Positions 1 through 12,580 of a DNA stretch of 64,000 nt are shown here, piece after piece. Source of the DNA: Laetmonice hystrix (lineage: Eukaryota); the NCBI GenBank assembly GCA_965235115.1, contig OZ249436.1, positions 40,486,001 to 40,550,000 on the forward strand. Direction: 5' to 3'. Positions within the stretch are counted from its first letter, which is position 1. Each line of letters opens with the position of its first letter. Below the pieces are notes generated by a model. It saw only the letters and a list, made by a program, of their open reading frames with translations. It ran no database searches and had not been told where the DNA came from. The translations under genes were made by a program, and so were the position numbers.

Positions 1-3000
1 AATTGATTTGCAATTAAAGAGTGTTGGGTCTTGGCGCTGCGTATATATATTACGTCAAGTCAACAGGGGATTTGGTAAATTATGGAAGCGTTAGATATTG
101 ATGGAACAAACCAGGACCGTGTTCCCATGGGAGGGCGGTTGGTTCAGACCAGCGAGATTCCCTTCTCTGACACCATTCCTGACGCTGCAGTGCATTTGTA
201 GAATATTCTAAACAAAAATGGAGGATCTGATACATAGTTCCATCTGTCACTCTTGATTGTTTTAAATGAGCCACAAAGCGGTTTGCCTTCCCAATAGTAG
301 TAATTCAAACGTTTCAGCTAGAGAAACGACTTGAAAATGTTCCAGAATTTTTCTCAACACAATCATGATGCAAAGCCCACATGATATTTCAATTTCTGAA
401 ATCCACATTAGAAACGTGTCTGTTAAAAGAAGGGCATCTTCACAGAATTGAGTAATGAACCAAAACGCATACAACATTATGAGTCTTGATGCTACACTCC
501 ATGGGGTTGGAGTTTTATTTCACCAAAGAAAAGCTGTCATCGAACATATAAAACCGCCTACTGTTGTACCGTTGTTTACGTCGGTCTGTCTTATCACTGA
601 TAAAGGACGAAGAAAACCCCCTTAAGATTACATAAATGAGAACAGTTCATGATATATATGGGGGCCATCATTATATTGAAAGTAAATATCTTAAGCTACT
701 TATAGTAATGGACTCGCAATGGTCGGATATTGTCTAGACAAAGCTAAAATAGGAAATATCGACTGCACTGTTTGCAATACCTTCAAGCTTTCAAAGACAT
801 GACTGATAGAGGCCACTTTGACCAAAGCCATGTCAGGCATCTATAATATAATGGCTTATACAACAGGTTACCGCCACTTGGCATTGCATGCTTACCCCTA
901 CTTATACCAGAAAGGAACCTAAACAGTTTTAATCATTTGCACCTGCGGGGAGTGTTATATCTTAGTGCGTGATGACCTTTAGGTCACCTTCGTCAAGGAC
1001 CCCCCCCCCCCTCCCCACCCATTTCATGCTCACATCTCCGACCACGCCCAGACACCAGCGTTTGTTACGACTGACGGCCATTCATGCGATGTTCATTATC
1101 TGCCCTAAAGTCCGCCGTACATCGGTAATCTATAGACCTATTCATGTTCGCCTTGTGATTCTGTGAAAACCACTGGCTCGGATTATTGTGGTACTTACCG
1201 TATTTTTCTACACGCATAACAAGGTTCGGACTTGATTGTATGTACATGTATGTCCAGGAATGTTTGAATTCAGTACATTGATTCTGCCATTCGGTCTATA
1301 GCAGCATCTATTAAGCAAAGGCAGAAAGCTCCTCCGCCAATCTGTCATTTTCCAATAATGCTCCCAATCATGCTCAGTCGAATGTACATTTATGTATCCT
1401 TGACTCTACTTTAACCTGAAATCGAATACCACGTCGAAAGCAAACTCTCTCCCTAAGTTCCCTACAATATCCCGCAACAAACTAGAAACAAATGATTTCC
1501 GGCAGCTATAATCAGCCAGGCCTATGTTGTAATCCACGGTGAAACAAACGCGTTCCCGGCACGTTGCAAAGACGAACGCTTAAAACATTGCGTGGCAAAC
1601 AACGTATTGATTTAGTGTTTCTTATAATTATAAATGTCACTTAAGATATTACAACAACTGACAAGAAAGTGATTCCATTTAGGTGTAAGACTGGGTAAGT
1701 GGTGGAAACGTCCTTTACTGCCATAAGAAGTGACAAGCGTTTCGCGTGTACCGATATGCCATGCACATTTTGCGTGATCAGTAGTCCAAACACTCTCACT
1801 TGACGGGTACGAACGGAAGGAGAGGCCATGCCCATTATTAGGACGGACAAGGCTTTCATGACTGTCGGGACCTTGACCGGAATTAATTATTGTTACACGT
1901 CGCAATTTGAATTAATATCCCTACCTTCTCATCCCACCGTGCCAGTCATATAGCGCTGTCAAAAGCAAAATGGCGTTTTAAAGGCATAATATTTGAAACA
2001 ATCTTCAATGCTTCCATTTGGCCTTTTTCCTGTACAATATATAGCTAATATTGATCATGAAGGTCATCAAACAATATACGTCGATTCGGAATAGATTCCA
2101 GCCTGATGAGAAACCGTGTGAGATTTTCTGTACGACTTGAGTCGCCAGACATTTTACTGAGATCTTTTACAGGAAACGTATTCCACTGATTGGGAGGGCC
2201 CAGCTGCTGTAACTACATCGAGCTGTATTACTTGAACCTCGGAAACACAACGTAGGGACTCAATCTAGCAACCTTTAACATTTGCTTCACAGTAATTAAT
2301 CAGTTGCGTGACATTTGCCGTCTTCGCGGTTTCCCCTTTCGAATCAGGCCTAATATTATTTGCTTTCTCAAAGGCCTCATTGACATTATTGGAATTCGTC
2401 TAGATCTCGTACCAGACTTGACTGGCTTTTGTATCTTTGACAAATATCACCGACCTAATAATCAATGCCTCAACATGGGGACGTCAGAGTATTCATAGTA
2501 ACGGCTACTTAGAGTGTTAATGAACACGTGACTATAGTAGCATGATGGAGGGGTGCAGGCAAGGTGCTACTTGAAATAGCATAAAGTGAAGGTAAACTGG
2601 CAAACAATTCTGAAAGAGGTGTTCTTTAAAAAAAAACGTTTTTGTGATACTTGGAAGTCCTTAACTATTAGAATGCTGCAACTAATTACTTCATTTTGGC
2701 CCTTGAGAAATTGTCGGGAAAAATTGGTTATTTCCATTGAATTGATATGTCTGATATTCCACTGCTGAATTAACCTAAGAGGCCAGGATATCACTATGCT
2801 CTTTTCCATATAAAAATCTCCAAATTATTATATTATATCCAAAAGAAAAATAGCCGTTTTGGAGGGGGCTCTATAGCCTCAACCTTCCTTTGGCCTCGTG
2901 ATGGTTATTGATAGCGATCTGCCTGCTGTCAGAGCCAGATCTCTGGTACCCGTTAGCCGACACCCTCTCAGTAGCTAACCATCTGCCGGGGTGCAAGGTA

Positions 3001-3263
3001 ATAAAATTAAGGTCGCACCACCTGTTTGGTCTGGTGTACAGGTGGTCATCGACAACTCGGCCCATGTCGTATATTAACGGAAGCCCGCTGAATTCTGCAG
3101 CCGTTTCCAAGGAGACAATTGCCTTCTTAACCGTATACGTAAAGGTAAACATACTTTAGACAGAAACCATTCATACAATAATTCTATAGAAAACACTATT
3201 CGTCACTGTTTCTCGCATATCTCTTTAATACAACGCCCAAAATAAATATTGTGCGAGAAAGGC

Positions 3264-3267
3264 TTCT

Positions 3268-3313
<46 letters not shown>

Positions 3314-3344
3314 ATGTGTGTGTGTGTGGGTGGTGGTGGTGGTG
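3264..3344. repeat. Compound microsatellite (CT)n-(TG)n-(GGT)n
   Basis: Read directly: about 20 CT units, then TG and GGT runs. Confidence 0.9.
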
Positions 3345-3977
3345 TTAAGATTGTCTGTCTGCCTGTCTATGTATATACCAACAGAATCTCCATGTATCAT
3401 TGATTTAGCATATACATCTACCGTATACATTGTCTGCTGGCTAACGGTTACCTTGGATGTTAAATCTCACAGCACCCTCAACCAAACGACCTCGGATTAG
3501 TGTAGCGCGGCTATTGATTCAGCTAGATCCAATACGTCATATCAAAGGGAACTCATCCACAATTTATTCATCTTCGTCGACCCGCACTGCAAGGGTCCTC
3601 ATATACCACCTTGGCCACCTTCAACTCCCCAGACAAAAATGACGCAACTATCATTGCGGCTTTTGTGTAGAACCACCGTTAGCCGGCGTCGTATACAACG
3701 ATAAAATTCCCATCTAGTCCAGTCTGTCAACACGTATAGAGTGGTTAATAGGGCAAAAATGTGGATTGATACAAACCTTGTGACAGGGAGTGTACTTCCA
3801 CACATACGTGTCTGAGCACCTGCTTCTGTTTGCATCCATATCAATTAGGCCTTATTGCTGAGAAAATAACCGTAATAACCCTTCTATGGTCTACTAAATT
3901 ATATCATATAGTTGGTAGGAAAGTCTAATCCAGGGATAGGGCTCTTTAAAAAACATGTTTTATATACATATCAGGTG

Positions 3978-4045
3978 GACGAGGTGGCCGAGTGCTTAAG
4001 GCGATGGACTGCTAATCCATTGGGCTCTGCCCGCGTCGGTTCGAA
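3978..4045 (+). pseudogene. 3'-truncated tRNA-Ser(GCT) copy
   Basis: First 68 nt of the array tRNA with two substitutions (GTGCTT, GTCGGTT). Ends after TTCGAA and lacks the 3' T-stem and acceptor strand. Confidence 0.85.
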
Positions 4046-5870
4046 ATATATTATTTTTTACCTTTCCAATGATTTATGGTCCGGCTCCACTGGTGATCTG
4101 TCCGTATAGTGAATCAGTCAGGTATACATAATGACGATATAATAAATATATACCCTCCTCTATGTAATTTAGTGTGGGAATAAATATGACATGTAATATC
4201 AGCAGATTAATATTTAGAGACTCGCTACTGCCGAGTCTGTTTCCTATCACACCTGTAGGCCTACAACAGTAGGTTGTTCGGATCAGTGGAGCCTTTAGAT
4301 GTCTACAGAAAATAACCCGTTACCAAATAGGTCTATCAAGATCCCGTCAGAGTCCTAAGGCCAAGCCTATACGAATCTCCTTGGCTATAAGCCAGGAGAT
4401 GTTCCATATTACAATGTTGAGCATCGTACGCAATACAGTATGAGAGGGAGGATAGTCTTTTAATTGTAATTAAATACTTTAAAAACTACACATGTAATGT
4501 AAATTTCTATATAAATTTATGAGAAAATAGAAATTAGGATACATAATCTACAATGCAAAAAAAGAAGGCGTCCGAAATACCAGGGGCAGCACCCATTGAT
4601 AAACATTGCCATGGAGTTGTTACGTTGCCAGAACCATGTAGCATCTATTCGCAGAAGGCAATATTGGAATCTGGCTTTCATTCGATAAAAGAATTACACA
4701 GCTCTCCAAAGACTGGGCACTCGCACAAAGCCTGTCCTATATATAAACCCTGGTTCTAATGAAGCAATGAGCACTGCGCTGTGAAGGCCTTAACCTACAG
4801 CTGGGTCTGGCCAGCCGTGGCTTTCCTCACATCCTATTGAAGCACCAACTGGGCTTCGGTCGAGGGGAAAATAAACAAGATAAAGTTTCATTGGGTTCCG
4901 CTGGGGGCGTCCTGCTACACCCAGACAACCATCAGCCCTTGAATGGCTTCAAATATGGTTGTCTTTGAAGGATGCTGTTAGTATGAGATAAGGAACACTG
5001 CTTGATTCAATCAAACTTTCTTAGACCCAAGCGGCGACCCGAAATGCCGGGATGTCTCTCCCAAATCAGTACGATATAGAGTTATTATATAAGATTATCA
5101 GTGTGCAGGACCGCAGTGTTTCAATATTATATTTACATTGACGTCCCAAATAAAGACATGCAGGCATGGGTCTTTTTCTATCATTTTATAGTATTGTTTC
5201 TTCATAAAGGAGTGCAAGAGTCATGGGCAAACAGGGCTGATTTGACAGGTCCACGAGTCATACATTATATGGCTATGGCTATACAGGCTATTACTTGAAT
5301 CTTTGCTAACATCATAGATACCTTTTTGTTTACGCCAATCGGAGGACGGTATAAAATTACAGAATACATTGTGTATATCCTAATCGGCCCATAGATCTAG
5401 CATCAGGTGGATGTCACATTTAATGTAAATGCATTAAGCTAATATGTCATTGGTATAATGAGACCAGAGTACATTTGCACGTGTTGAGTTCAGGGTGAGC
5501 AGCGTGGAAGTGAACGATGCACGCTGGAGGCGGGAGCGGAAAGGGAGGAGCTACCGGAAGAAGATAGAGTTACCGGAAAGAGAGAGGGTAAAAACTCAGG
5601 TCTCAGATCACCATTACGCGCAATGTGCCATTACGTATAATGAAGAAAGAGTAGATTATATTATTAAATCGTACTATCATCTCAGCTCTACATTAAGTAT
5701 GGAAATCAGATGGTAGACCCGTATGTGGAAGTCGCAAGGGATACCACTTCCGGTATGTTAACTCGGTCGCCATAGATCTACTACCCTTTACGTCAAAGAT
5801 AGGCACTAAGGAGGTGATCGAGCCTTAGTGACTGGTGCCAGGTGGGGGGGGGGCATTACGGCACGCTTAC

Positions 5871-6976
5871 CTGTCCAAGACAAGCTCCTCCAGCTGACCC
5901 AAGTCACAGGCGATATACTCGAGAGCAGCGTCCGTAACGCGCGGGCACCACGACAGGTCCAGTGAGCGAAGTTTGCGCAGGTTTTCAGCGATGAGTTCAA
6001 CCCCATCGTCGGTGACCTTGCTGCACCCGGACAGGCTGAGGACGGTGAGGTTGGGTAGAGACTGTACGACGTTGACGATTCCGTGATTGGTAATCTCCCA
6101 ACAGGACTGGAGTCTTAGAACGCAGAGCGTGTAACTCTGCTTGGCACTGAAGAAACTCAGTGCGGCATCTGTGACGTGGTAAGCCTGAAGGTTGAGCTCG
6201 TAAAGCGACGGAAGGAGCTGGGCAATGGCACCAACCGAATCGTCCGCCACATTGATGCAGTCATTGATACTGAGGGACACGATCTTGGAGTTCAGACAAG
6301 ACCAAAGACCTGCCTCAGTGATTTCATTACAGCCAGACAACTCCAAGCGATACACACAGATCATCTTTTCCAGTAGAGTCTCTAGACCTGTATCGCTAAC
6401 GTTTGAGCAGCGAAGGCTCAGAGAACGTATATTTTTCTTCCCAGCAGGAAGATATGTTACAAAATCATTCACGTCCTTGTCAGTAGCACCGAATAGACAT
6501 ATTGAGTCAAAGCCCCTTTGTTGTAGGCTAAGGTAAAATTTTTTTCGCCCTTCCTCATCCTTTCCCCATTCCTTGCAATTTAGGATTGGGGTCACCCCTA
6601 GCCAGTACTGGGGCTGGTAGAGAATGTCCCGCCACTGGCGGCACACCTGAGCCAGCACACATCGCTCACACGGGGAGAAGTAAAAGAAAAACCTATTGAG
6701 GAACTTATCGTCATCCCATAAAGGTGGCATCGGCGGGATTTTCCCTTTCAGTGGCGTTGAAGGCAGGTGACCATTGGATCGATCAAAAGCCTTTACCCTT
6801 GATGTTGCTGATTTTAGGGCCCGTGAAATTGTTGACGTAACTGTGCTAGCAGTTCGTATGTTGTTCACGGCATCCTTGGCGCCCGGGCCAGGACCGTCTG
6901 GCTGAGGGGACCGCGACAATCGAAGGCCTTTGATGCTGTTGGACAGCTCGATGCAGGCCTTGCTGATGGAGGACAT
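5871..6976 (-). CDS. FBXL16: F-box/LRR-repeat protein 16, large coding exon (gene continues in exon(s) not found in the window)
   Basis: Translation ([19 protein letters not shown]; [36 protein letters not shown]; [21 protein letters not shown]; EELVLDR) matches FBXL16 as I recall it. Exon ends at donor AG|GTAAG (5871/5870), so the track's TAA is intronic. Start placed at the first in-frame ATG (MSSISK, 6976); the track start at 7282 is GTG. Confidence 0.88.
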
Positions 6977-7106
6977 GACTGGACTTTGTGAGGGTACGGT
7001 CGGGCTCACATAGGCTCGGCCCAAAGAGCCTTGCGCACCTCCCTGTGGGCTCCCCGTCGTGCCTGCAGCTGCTCCTGGGGCAGCCCCTCCTCCCGGTCCT
7101 GACGTG

Positions 7107-7175
7107 CCTCCTCCTCCCCCTCCTCCTCCTCCTCCTCCTCCTCCTCCTCCCCCTCCTCCTCCTCCACCTCCTCCT
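7107..7175. repeat. (CCT)n/(GGA)n triplet repeat, 23 units
   Basis: Read directly. In frame with FBXL16 (poly-Gly) but upstream of the first ATG. Confidence 0.9.
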
Positions 7176-7518
7176 TGGCGCGGCAAGGCAGCCAGTGCGG
7201 ACACGGGCGCTACCAGGTCATATCGGGCTCGCCTGCTGCTGTCCGCCGCATGGCAGTCTCCCTCAGTAGATGTCGCCCTCACTCTCTGTATACTACAGTA
7301 CTGATTGATGTAGGTGCTGGTGACCTGGCAGCCCTAGTGTGAAGGCCTAGATGCTTGCTGGCTTGTGCTGGCAGTGTCAGCGGACTCACTGCATGTCATA
7401 CCCTCGGGACCCAGTTCCAACCACAGATGCTGGGCGTCCATTGTTATCACAGCAATATTTTATATAAGACTTTCGTATTGATCAATTTATCCGCATATTA
7501 ATGTTGAACTGTCGCTGG

Positions 7519-7519
<1 letters not shown>

Positions 7520-7554
<35 letters not shown>
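7520..7554. repeat. (CT)n microsatellite
   Basis: Read directly. Confidence 0.9.
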
Positions 7555-7556
<2 letters not shown>

Positions 7557-9451
7557 AGAGGAGTGTTCCTGATTCAGTAAATATTGCCGTCTGTTTTGTT
7601 GAAGAATCCCTTAGTGCATTGCCAGATGCACAGAACACCTCGGAGCTGAACGATCATGTGCCATCACATTGAAACTCATACGAAGGATCCGGTCTTGAAT
7701 ATGACAAATTCGACTGTATGGCAGCAAGTCCGCCAGGCTTAGGCCTAATCCCATGCCATTGCCGTTGGATTCCCCAATCCAACCATTTGCTATAAACCGA
7801 ACAAGAGGAGAATCATTGGCACATGCCCACCATTAGCCTTTATATTCTTTGCATATAAATTATGGCTGCCACTGCATGTATTGACCATTTGCAGGTAGCT
7901 ACCACGGCTTAATGGCGCTGGCTCTTCCGTTGTTAGTAGGCCAAGAACACGGAGCACCCGCCGACAAATATTCCCTTCGGCTTGGTGCTTGGATACACGC
8001 GTCGATTTCCCTGATTCGGAATACATCCAATATGTGATCAAGTCTTATACTGACTTGCTCGACGACCAGGCAAACGCTATGCCGTCACCATCTTGCTGTA
8101 GGTCTGATGAACGGCGTCGCTGCAGCTGCTGCACAGTTCCCAATCCAGTCGTACTCCCGTGATCATGGGCACCATTCTAGGTCATGGCATGGCGAGGTAG
8201 TGTTGCTGATGGCCGAAACGAAAGAATGCAGCAGGGATGGCTTTGCCAACTCTCGCCTGCACTGTACTGCCGCGGCGGGCAATCGGCTGATGTTGTTGTG
8301 CTTCATTCAGCTCGACCCGCTGGTCGCTGATTCGCCAGCTGGTCGCCTGCGTAGTGCGCCTGTACTCGGAATCGATAATATTTTCATGAATATGCGTTTC
8401 CTAGTCGTACCGATCTGGCGACTGGTTCTATGGGCACGGAGAGTTTTAGTGTCGATGAGATGTACTCGCACTCAATGCACGTATCTGTAAGCATCGCCTG
8501 TGTAGAGGGGTTGAGCAGCTGCAGTTGTTTACACGAGGCGAAGTCATGCTTGCTTTAAATAGCGTAGATGCGCAGGATTTTGAATGGGCAGTTGATCCAT
8601 GAAGTCGCTGATAGATCTTCAGAAATTTTGCAATGCCCCTTTCGTCAATGTTCCCCTTCCTTGCATGGCGGATGAAACGGTGGTAGTTTTTACCGAATTT
8701 GATATACGGCCTTTTAAATGTCCTGTTTTGCAATAGAACGACTTGTAAGTAGACAATGTCTTTGTCTAGTTTCTAGTAATCCTTGACTGGGTGTGTTACT
8801 GTAAGGTAAACCGACCCTATCCGACAGACAACCCCAGTGTCTAGTCAATGTAACTGATGTGGTGCGTGAGCGTCCACAGTAAATAATTTAGGGGGGGCGA
8901 AACTTAACGAAAATTATAATGTGAACTTAAAAAGGCGACAGAATCGCGGGGTGGCATATATCCTTAGTATTCGCCAGGGGGAACTGCCCCCTTTGCACTC
9001 CCGTTACCCCCTGCCGACGCCCGTGGGTGCGTGGTCTGTCTGTTTACTTAACTAAAGCCTTACAAATCTCAACATGCGTTGAACTCCTGTTGTGTGTTTG
9101 AAAGTAATTTATGAGTGCCCGCTATGTTTGGTTAGCTGTAGGAAATGCTTTATTACGTTACTCCGGTATCTATTTTTACGTTATCGCGAGAACACGTTTG
9201 TAGCGCTACCGAACCCTCATTTCGGTATACTACTACCATAGGACCAAAAAGTTAATTTCAATGCTTGGCGACTTCGGGCTTCAGAAAAGGGCGCCAACAT
9301 AAGCATTTAGTACCTAGGGTGATGTGGGTAACTGTATCCCCCTTAGGCCTCTAGATTCACCACTGGCCCCTCCTCCTTTCAAAGAGTAACGGACCACATT
9401 TTCATACCGAAAGAGGACAGTGTTCAAAAATTTGGAGTCATCCATCGACTC

Positions 9452-9533
9452 GACGAGGTGGCCGAGTGGTTAAGGCGATGGACTGCTAATCCATTGGGCT
9501 CTGCCCGCGTGGGTTCGAATCCAATCCTCGTCG
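9452..9533 (+). tRNA. trnS: tRNA-Ser(GCT), edge copy with T-stem mismatch (C63A) and no oligo-T terminator
   Basis: 82-nt type II cloverleaf; anticodon arm ATGGA-CTGCTAA-TCCAT; CCAAT instead of CCCAT. Confidence 0.8.
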
Positions 9534-10083
9534 GACAATTCTGGGCCAGAATTGGTCTCCTTATAGCTAATTTCCTATTCAATTCAGACACAAAATTCCA
9601 GTGATGGAGCCTGCCCTCTATTGGCAGAATACTGAAACGCCAGTTTGAAGAGGTGTCGGCCTTGGTGTTTTATATTCAACGTGGCCTCCAGGTTTAAAAC
9701 TTAAGATATCCTAGTACAACACGAGGACTAATCCATAGATTCTTTACATTTCCCCTCCCCAACAGGAATGGTATATTTATGCACAAAAGGGTCTTTTAAA
9801 TCCGTTTTAATGGCGTTGGCAGGTGAGGAAATGCAATTTCCTGGTAGCCTCTGCGTTTAGCATCTCTAGACCAGGAAGATTGGGGAGATTTGAAACCAGG
9901 ATGAAAGAGCAACAAAGATATCGAAAATAGAATTAATCGGTTTATTTGCATGATATTTACACATTCTATGTAGTACAAGGGACGAAGATCATGTTTTCCT
10001 TGACCGTTCGTATAATCTCAGCAACATATAGCACCAAAGTGTTCACAGGAAATAATTGTGTTCGCTTCACAATTCAGTAACAA

Positions 10084-11013
10084 CTATTCTCTGCAGATCC
10101 CGTCACACTGCACCAGTCCTTCAACATTGCAACTATGCCGCGGTCGCGTCAAGTCGTGCAAAGTAGAGAAGTTGGGACGTCTCTTGGTTGTGGGTTTGCA
10201 ATCGTCTGTGGCCTCGTCAGAATGCACAGTTCGTTGACAAGTCTCTGGCCTGTCTGTTTTCCTTTTTCTCTTCTCTCTCATGGAGCGTTCCCTTGCCATC
10301 CAGTTACGCACCCACTAAGAAGTTCGGCCCAGCTCCTTTGCAAGTCGGTCTGCCTCGTCGGGCGTAGGGTACGGATAGTCGACGTTTTCCCGGAACCACT
10401 TGCGCAGCACTGAGGAAGTTGGCGTCTCCGCTGTGGTCTGGGTCCGTCGCACTGGACGGAGTCGCTTGGGCCTGGCTGGCTTCCTACAGCAGATCCTGGT
10501 AGGTGGCGCTACTGGACACGAAGGCGGCATGGGTACGGGATAAGTCAGAGATACGGCCGACTTGTAACGGACAAAACTGCCGATGGCATGATCAAGTAGC
10601 ACGTGTCTCTCGTTGTCATAGAAGTGGTGGATGGTCGGCTGGAATCTCAGGTTGTCAGCGTGTCCGTACTCGGCTTGAAGGCGCAGCGTCTCGAGGGTCC
10701 TTGTCTCTTGTAAGTAGCACTCAACCAGCGTCTTCAACCATCTGGAGTTGTCTGTCTTCTGGAAACTGTCGACTTGGTGGAGGAACCCAACGTGCCGATG
10801 ATGTAAACTTGTACATCCTTGGTACTGCCTCTGGCATCGGCCCGCCCACAGGGACGTAGAGGGCGTCTTACTGGAGGGCTTCCAGGTACCGGCCTCCAGG
10901 CTGCTCCACTCTGGGTCGTCTGGAGACATGGGAGCGATGACAATCGGGGTGACCTCGACCAGGCTGGTGTCGACCGCCGGCCGACTTGTTACATTCCCAG
11001 GTCGGTAATCCAT
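10084..11013 (-). pseudogene. TALE homeobox ORF with nonsense codon (CAG>TAG at 10315-10317) just before helix 3
   Basis: ORF 10315..11013 stops at ELGRTS*; the rest of the frame continues to 10084. Confidence 0.8.
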
Positions 11014-11924
11014 GGTGTGGCAGCTGTGGTAAGTTGAAGGTAGCTTTGATGTTGATGTGACTGCAGCGATACCTTGGGCGGATCTGTGCTTGAGTCACTG
11101 AAACAGGATGCCTATATAGGCGTCTTCATCTTAAGGTGCGATTCAAGGTGAGACCAAAACCATCAAGCCTTCCTCTCGCATTTCTTTGAAGGGCAGTTCG
11201 ATTGACAACTTCAAGTAACACAACTTCTGGGATGAAAGAAAAAGGTGTTAGTTAGATAAAGTGTTTGTAACACATTTGAACGTAGGTGACGAAAGGCCAG
11301 GATTCATCTTATGACTTCAAAGATTCACACCTTGATTTTGTATGACTCATAGTTGAGCTTCAAAGGTTCACACATGGGCCGGGATGGTCCATGGTGTAGC
11401 AGCTGTGGTAAGTTGATGGTAGCTTTGATGGTGATTTGACTGCAGCGATACATTGGGCGGATCTGTGCTTGAGTCACTGACTAGGGTGCTTTCATAGGCG
11501 TCTTCATCTTAAGGTGCGATTGAAGGTGAGACCAAAACCATCAAGCCTTCCTCTCGCATTTCTTTGAAGTGCAGTTCGATTTACAACATTTACATAACTT
11601 CTGGGATAAAAGAAAAAGGTGTTGGTTGGATAAAGTGTTTGTAACACATTTGGACCTAACTGACGAAGGGGCAGGACCCGTCTTATGACTTCAAAGATTC
11701 ACACCTTGATTTTGTATGACTCACAGTTGAGCTTCACAGGTTCAGACATGGGCCGGGATGACTTGAGTCTCTATCACCTCTATCATACATTAAAGCATAA
11801 ATTGAGTATTGCCCCTAAACACGTCGTCTTTTAATAATATTGGTCATTGCAGTGTTTCCCTTCTTCCGTCCAGTTTTTATTTTATTTTTTGAAACATGGG
11901 AAGGGGGAAACTGAAACGTGGACA

Positions 11925-12006
11925 GACGAGGTGGCCGAGTGGTTAAGGCGATGGACTGCTAATCCATTGGGCTCTGCCCGCGTGGGTTCGAATCCCATCC
12001 TCGTCG
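11925..12006 (+). tRNA. trnS: tRNA-Ser(GCT)
   Basis: Canonical 82-nt sequence with intact A and B boxes, followed by T6. Confidence 0.95.
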
Positions 12007-12437
12007 AACTTTTTTGGGGGAAGAATTTGTCTCCTTATATAGCTAATTCCCTATTGGATTCAGGCACAAGATAGCAGTGATGGAGCCTGCCCTCTAATGG
12101 CAGAATACTGAAACGCCAGTTTGAAGAGGTGTCGGCCTTGGTGTTTTATATTCAACGTGGCCTCCAGGCTTAAAACTTAAGACGTCGTAGTACGAAACGA
12201 CGAGTAATCAATAGATTCTTTACATTTCCCCTCCCCCAACAGGAATGGTATATTTATGCACAAAAGGGTCTTTTAAATCCGTTTTAATGGCGTTGCCGGA
12301 TGAGGTGAGAGACGATCGGTAGCAGAAATGTAATTTCCTGGTAGTCTCTGCGTTTAGCATCTCTAGACCAGGAAGATTGGGGAATTTTGAAACCATGATA
12401 AAAGAGCAACAAACATATCGAAAATAGAATTAATCAG

Positions 12438-12443
12438 TTTATT
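12438..12443 (-). terminator. AATAAA polyadenylation signal of the homeobox gene (representative; repeated per unit)
   Basis: Plus-strand TTTATT about 140 nt past the stop, with a GT/T-rich element (TATGTTTGTTGCTCTTT) about 20 nt further on the minus strand. Confidence 0.6.
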
Positions 12444-12580
12444 TGCATGATATTTACACATTCTATGTAGTACAAGGGACGAAGATCATGTTTTCCTTGA
12501 CCGTTCGTATAATCTCAGCAACATATAGCACCAAAGTGTTCACAAGAAATAATTGTGTTCGCTTCAAAATTCAGTAACAA

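Noticed and set aside
80-5716. Short 60-97 aa ORFs in the AT-rich left region
   Set aside because: No recognisable domains, many non-ATG starts, and lengths expected by chance in intronic DNA.
1-5870. Downstream FBXL16 exon(s) (expected C..ITD...LYLRWC)
   Set aside because: I checked minus-strand WC motifs and AG|RTGY acceptors by eye and found no match; probably outside the window.
6977-7304. 102-aa Gly-rich N-terminal extension of FBXL16 and the antisense poly-Pro ORF 7059..7304
   Set aside because: The extension starts at GTG, and the triplet repeat keeps frames open. MSSIS at 6976 fits the expected start better. An upstream spliced exon is not excluded.
8865-9025. Possible MITE with G/C-run interior and imperfect inverted ends
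   Set aside because: Only about 10 of 15 terminal matches and no clear target-site duplication; needs a genome-wide copy search.
11847-12074. Recurrent 75-aa plus-strand ORF (MQCFPSS...WLRRWTANPLGSARVGSNP)
   Set aside because: It is the tRNA gene read as codons, begins at TTG, and is broken in several units.
12183-12202. Small hairpins downstream of the tRNA (CGTCGT/ACGACG; CTGCC/GGCAG)
   Set aside because: Stems of 5-6 bp, and the short-type variants break pairing without compensation; no Helitron or ncRNA context.
12440-12447. Octamer-like ATTTGCAT motif overlapping the poly(A) signal
   Set aside because: A single short motif in an AT-rich 3' region with no associated snRNA gene; chance cannot be excluded.
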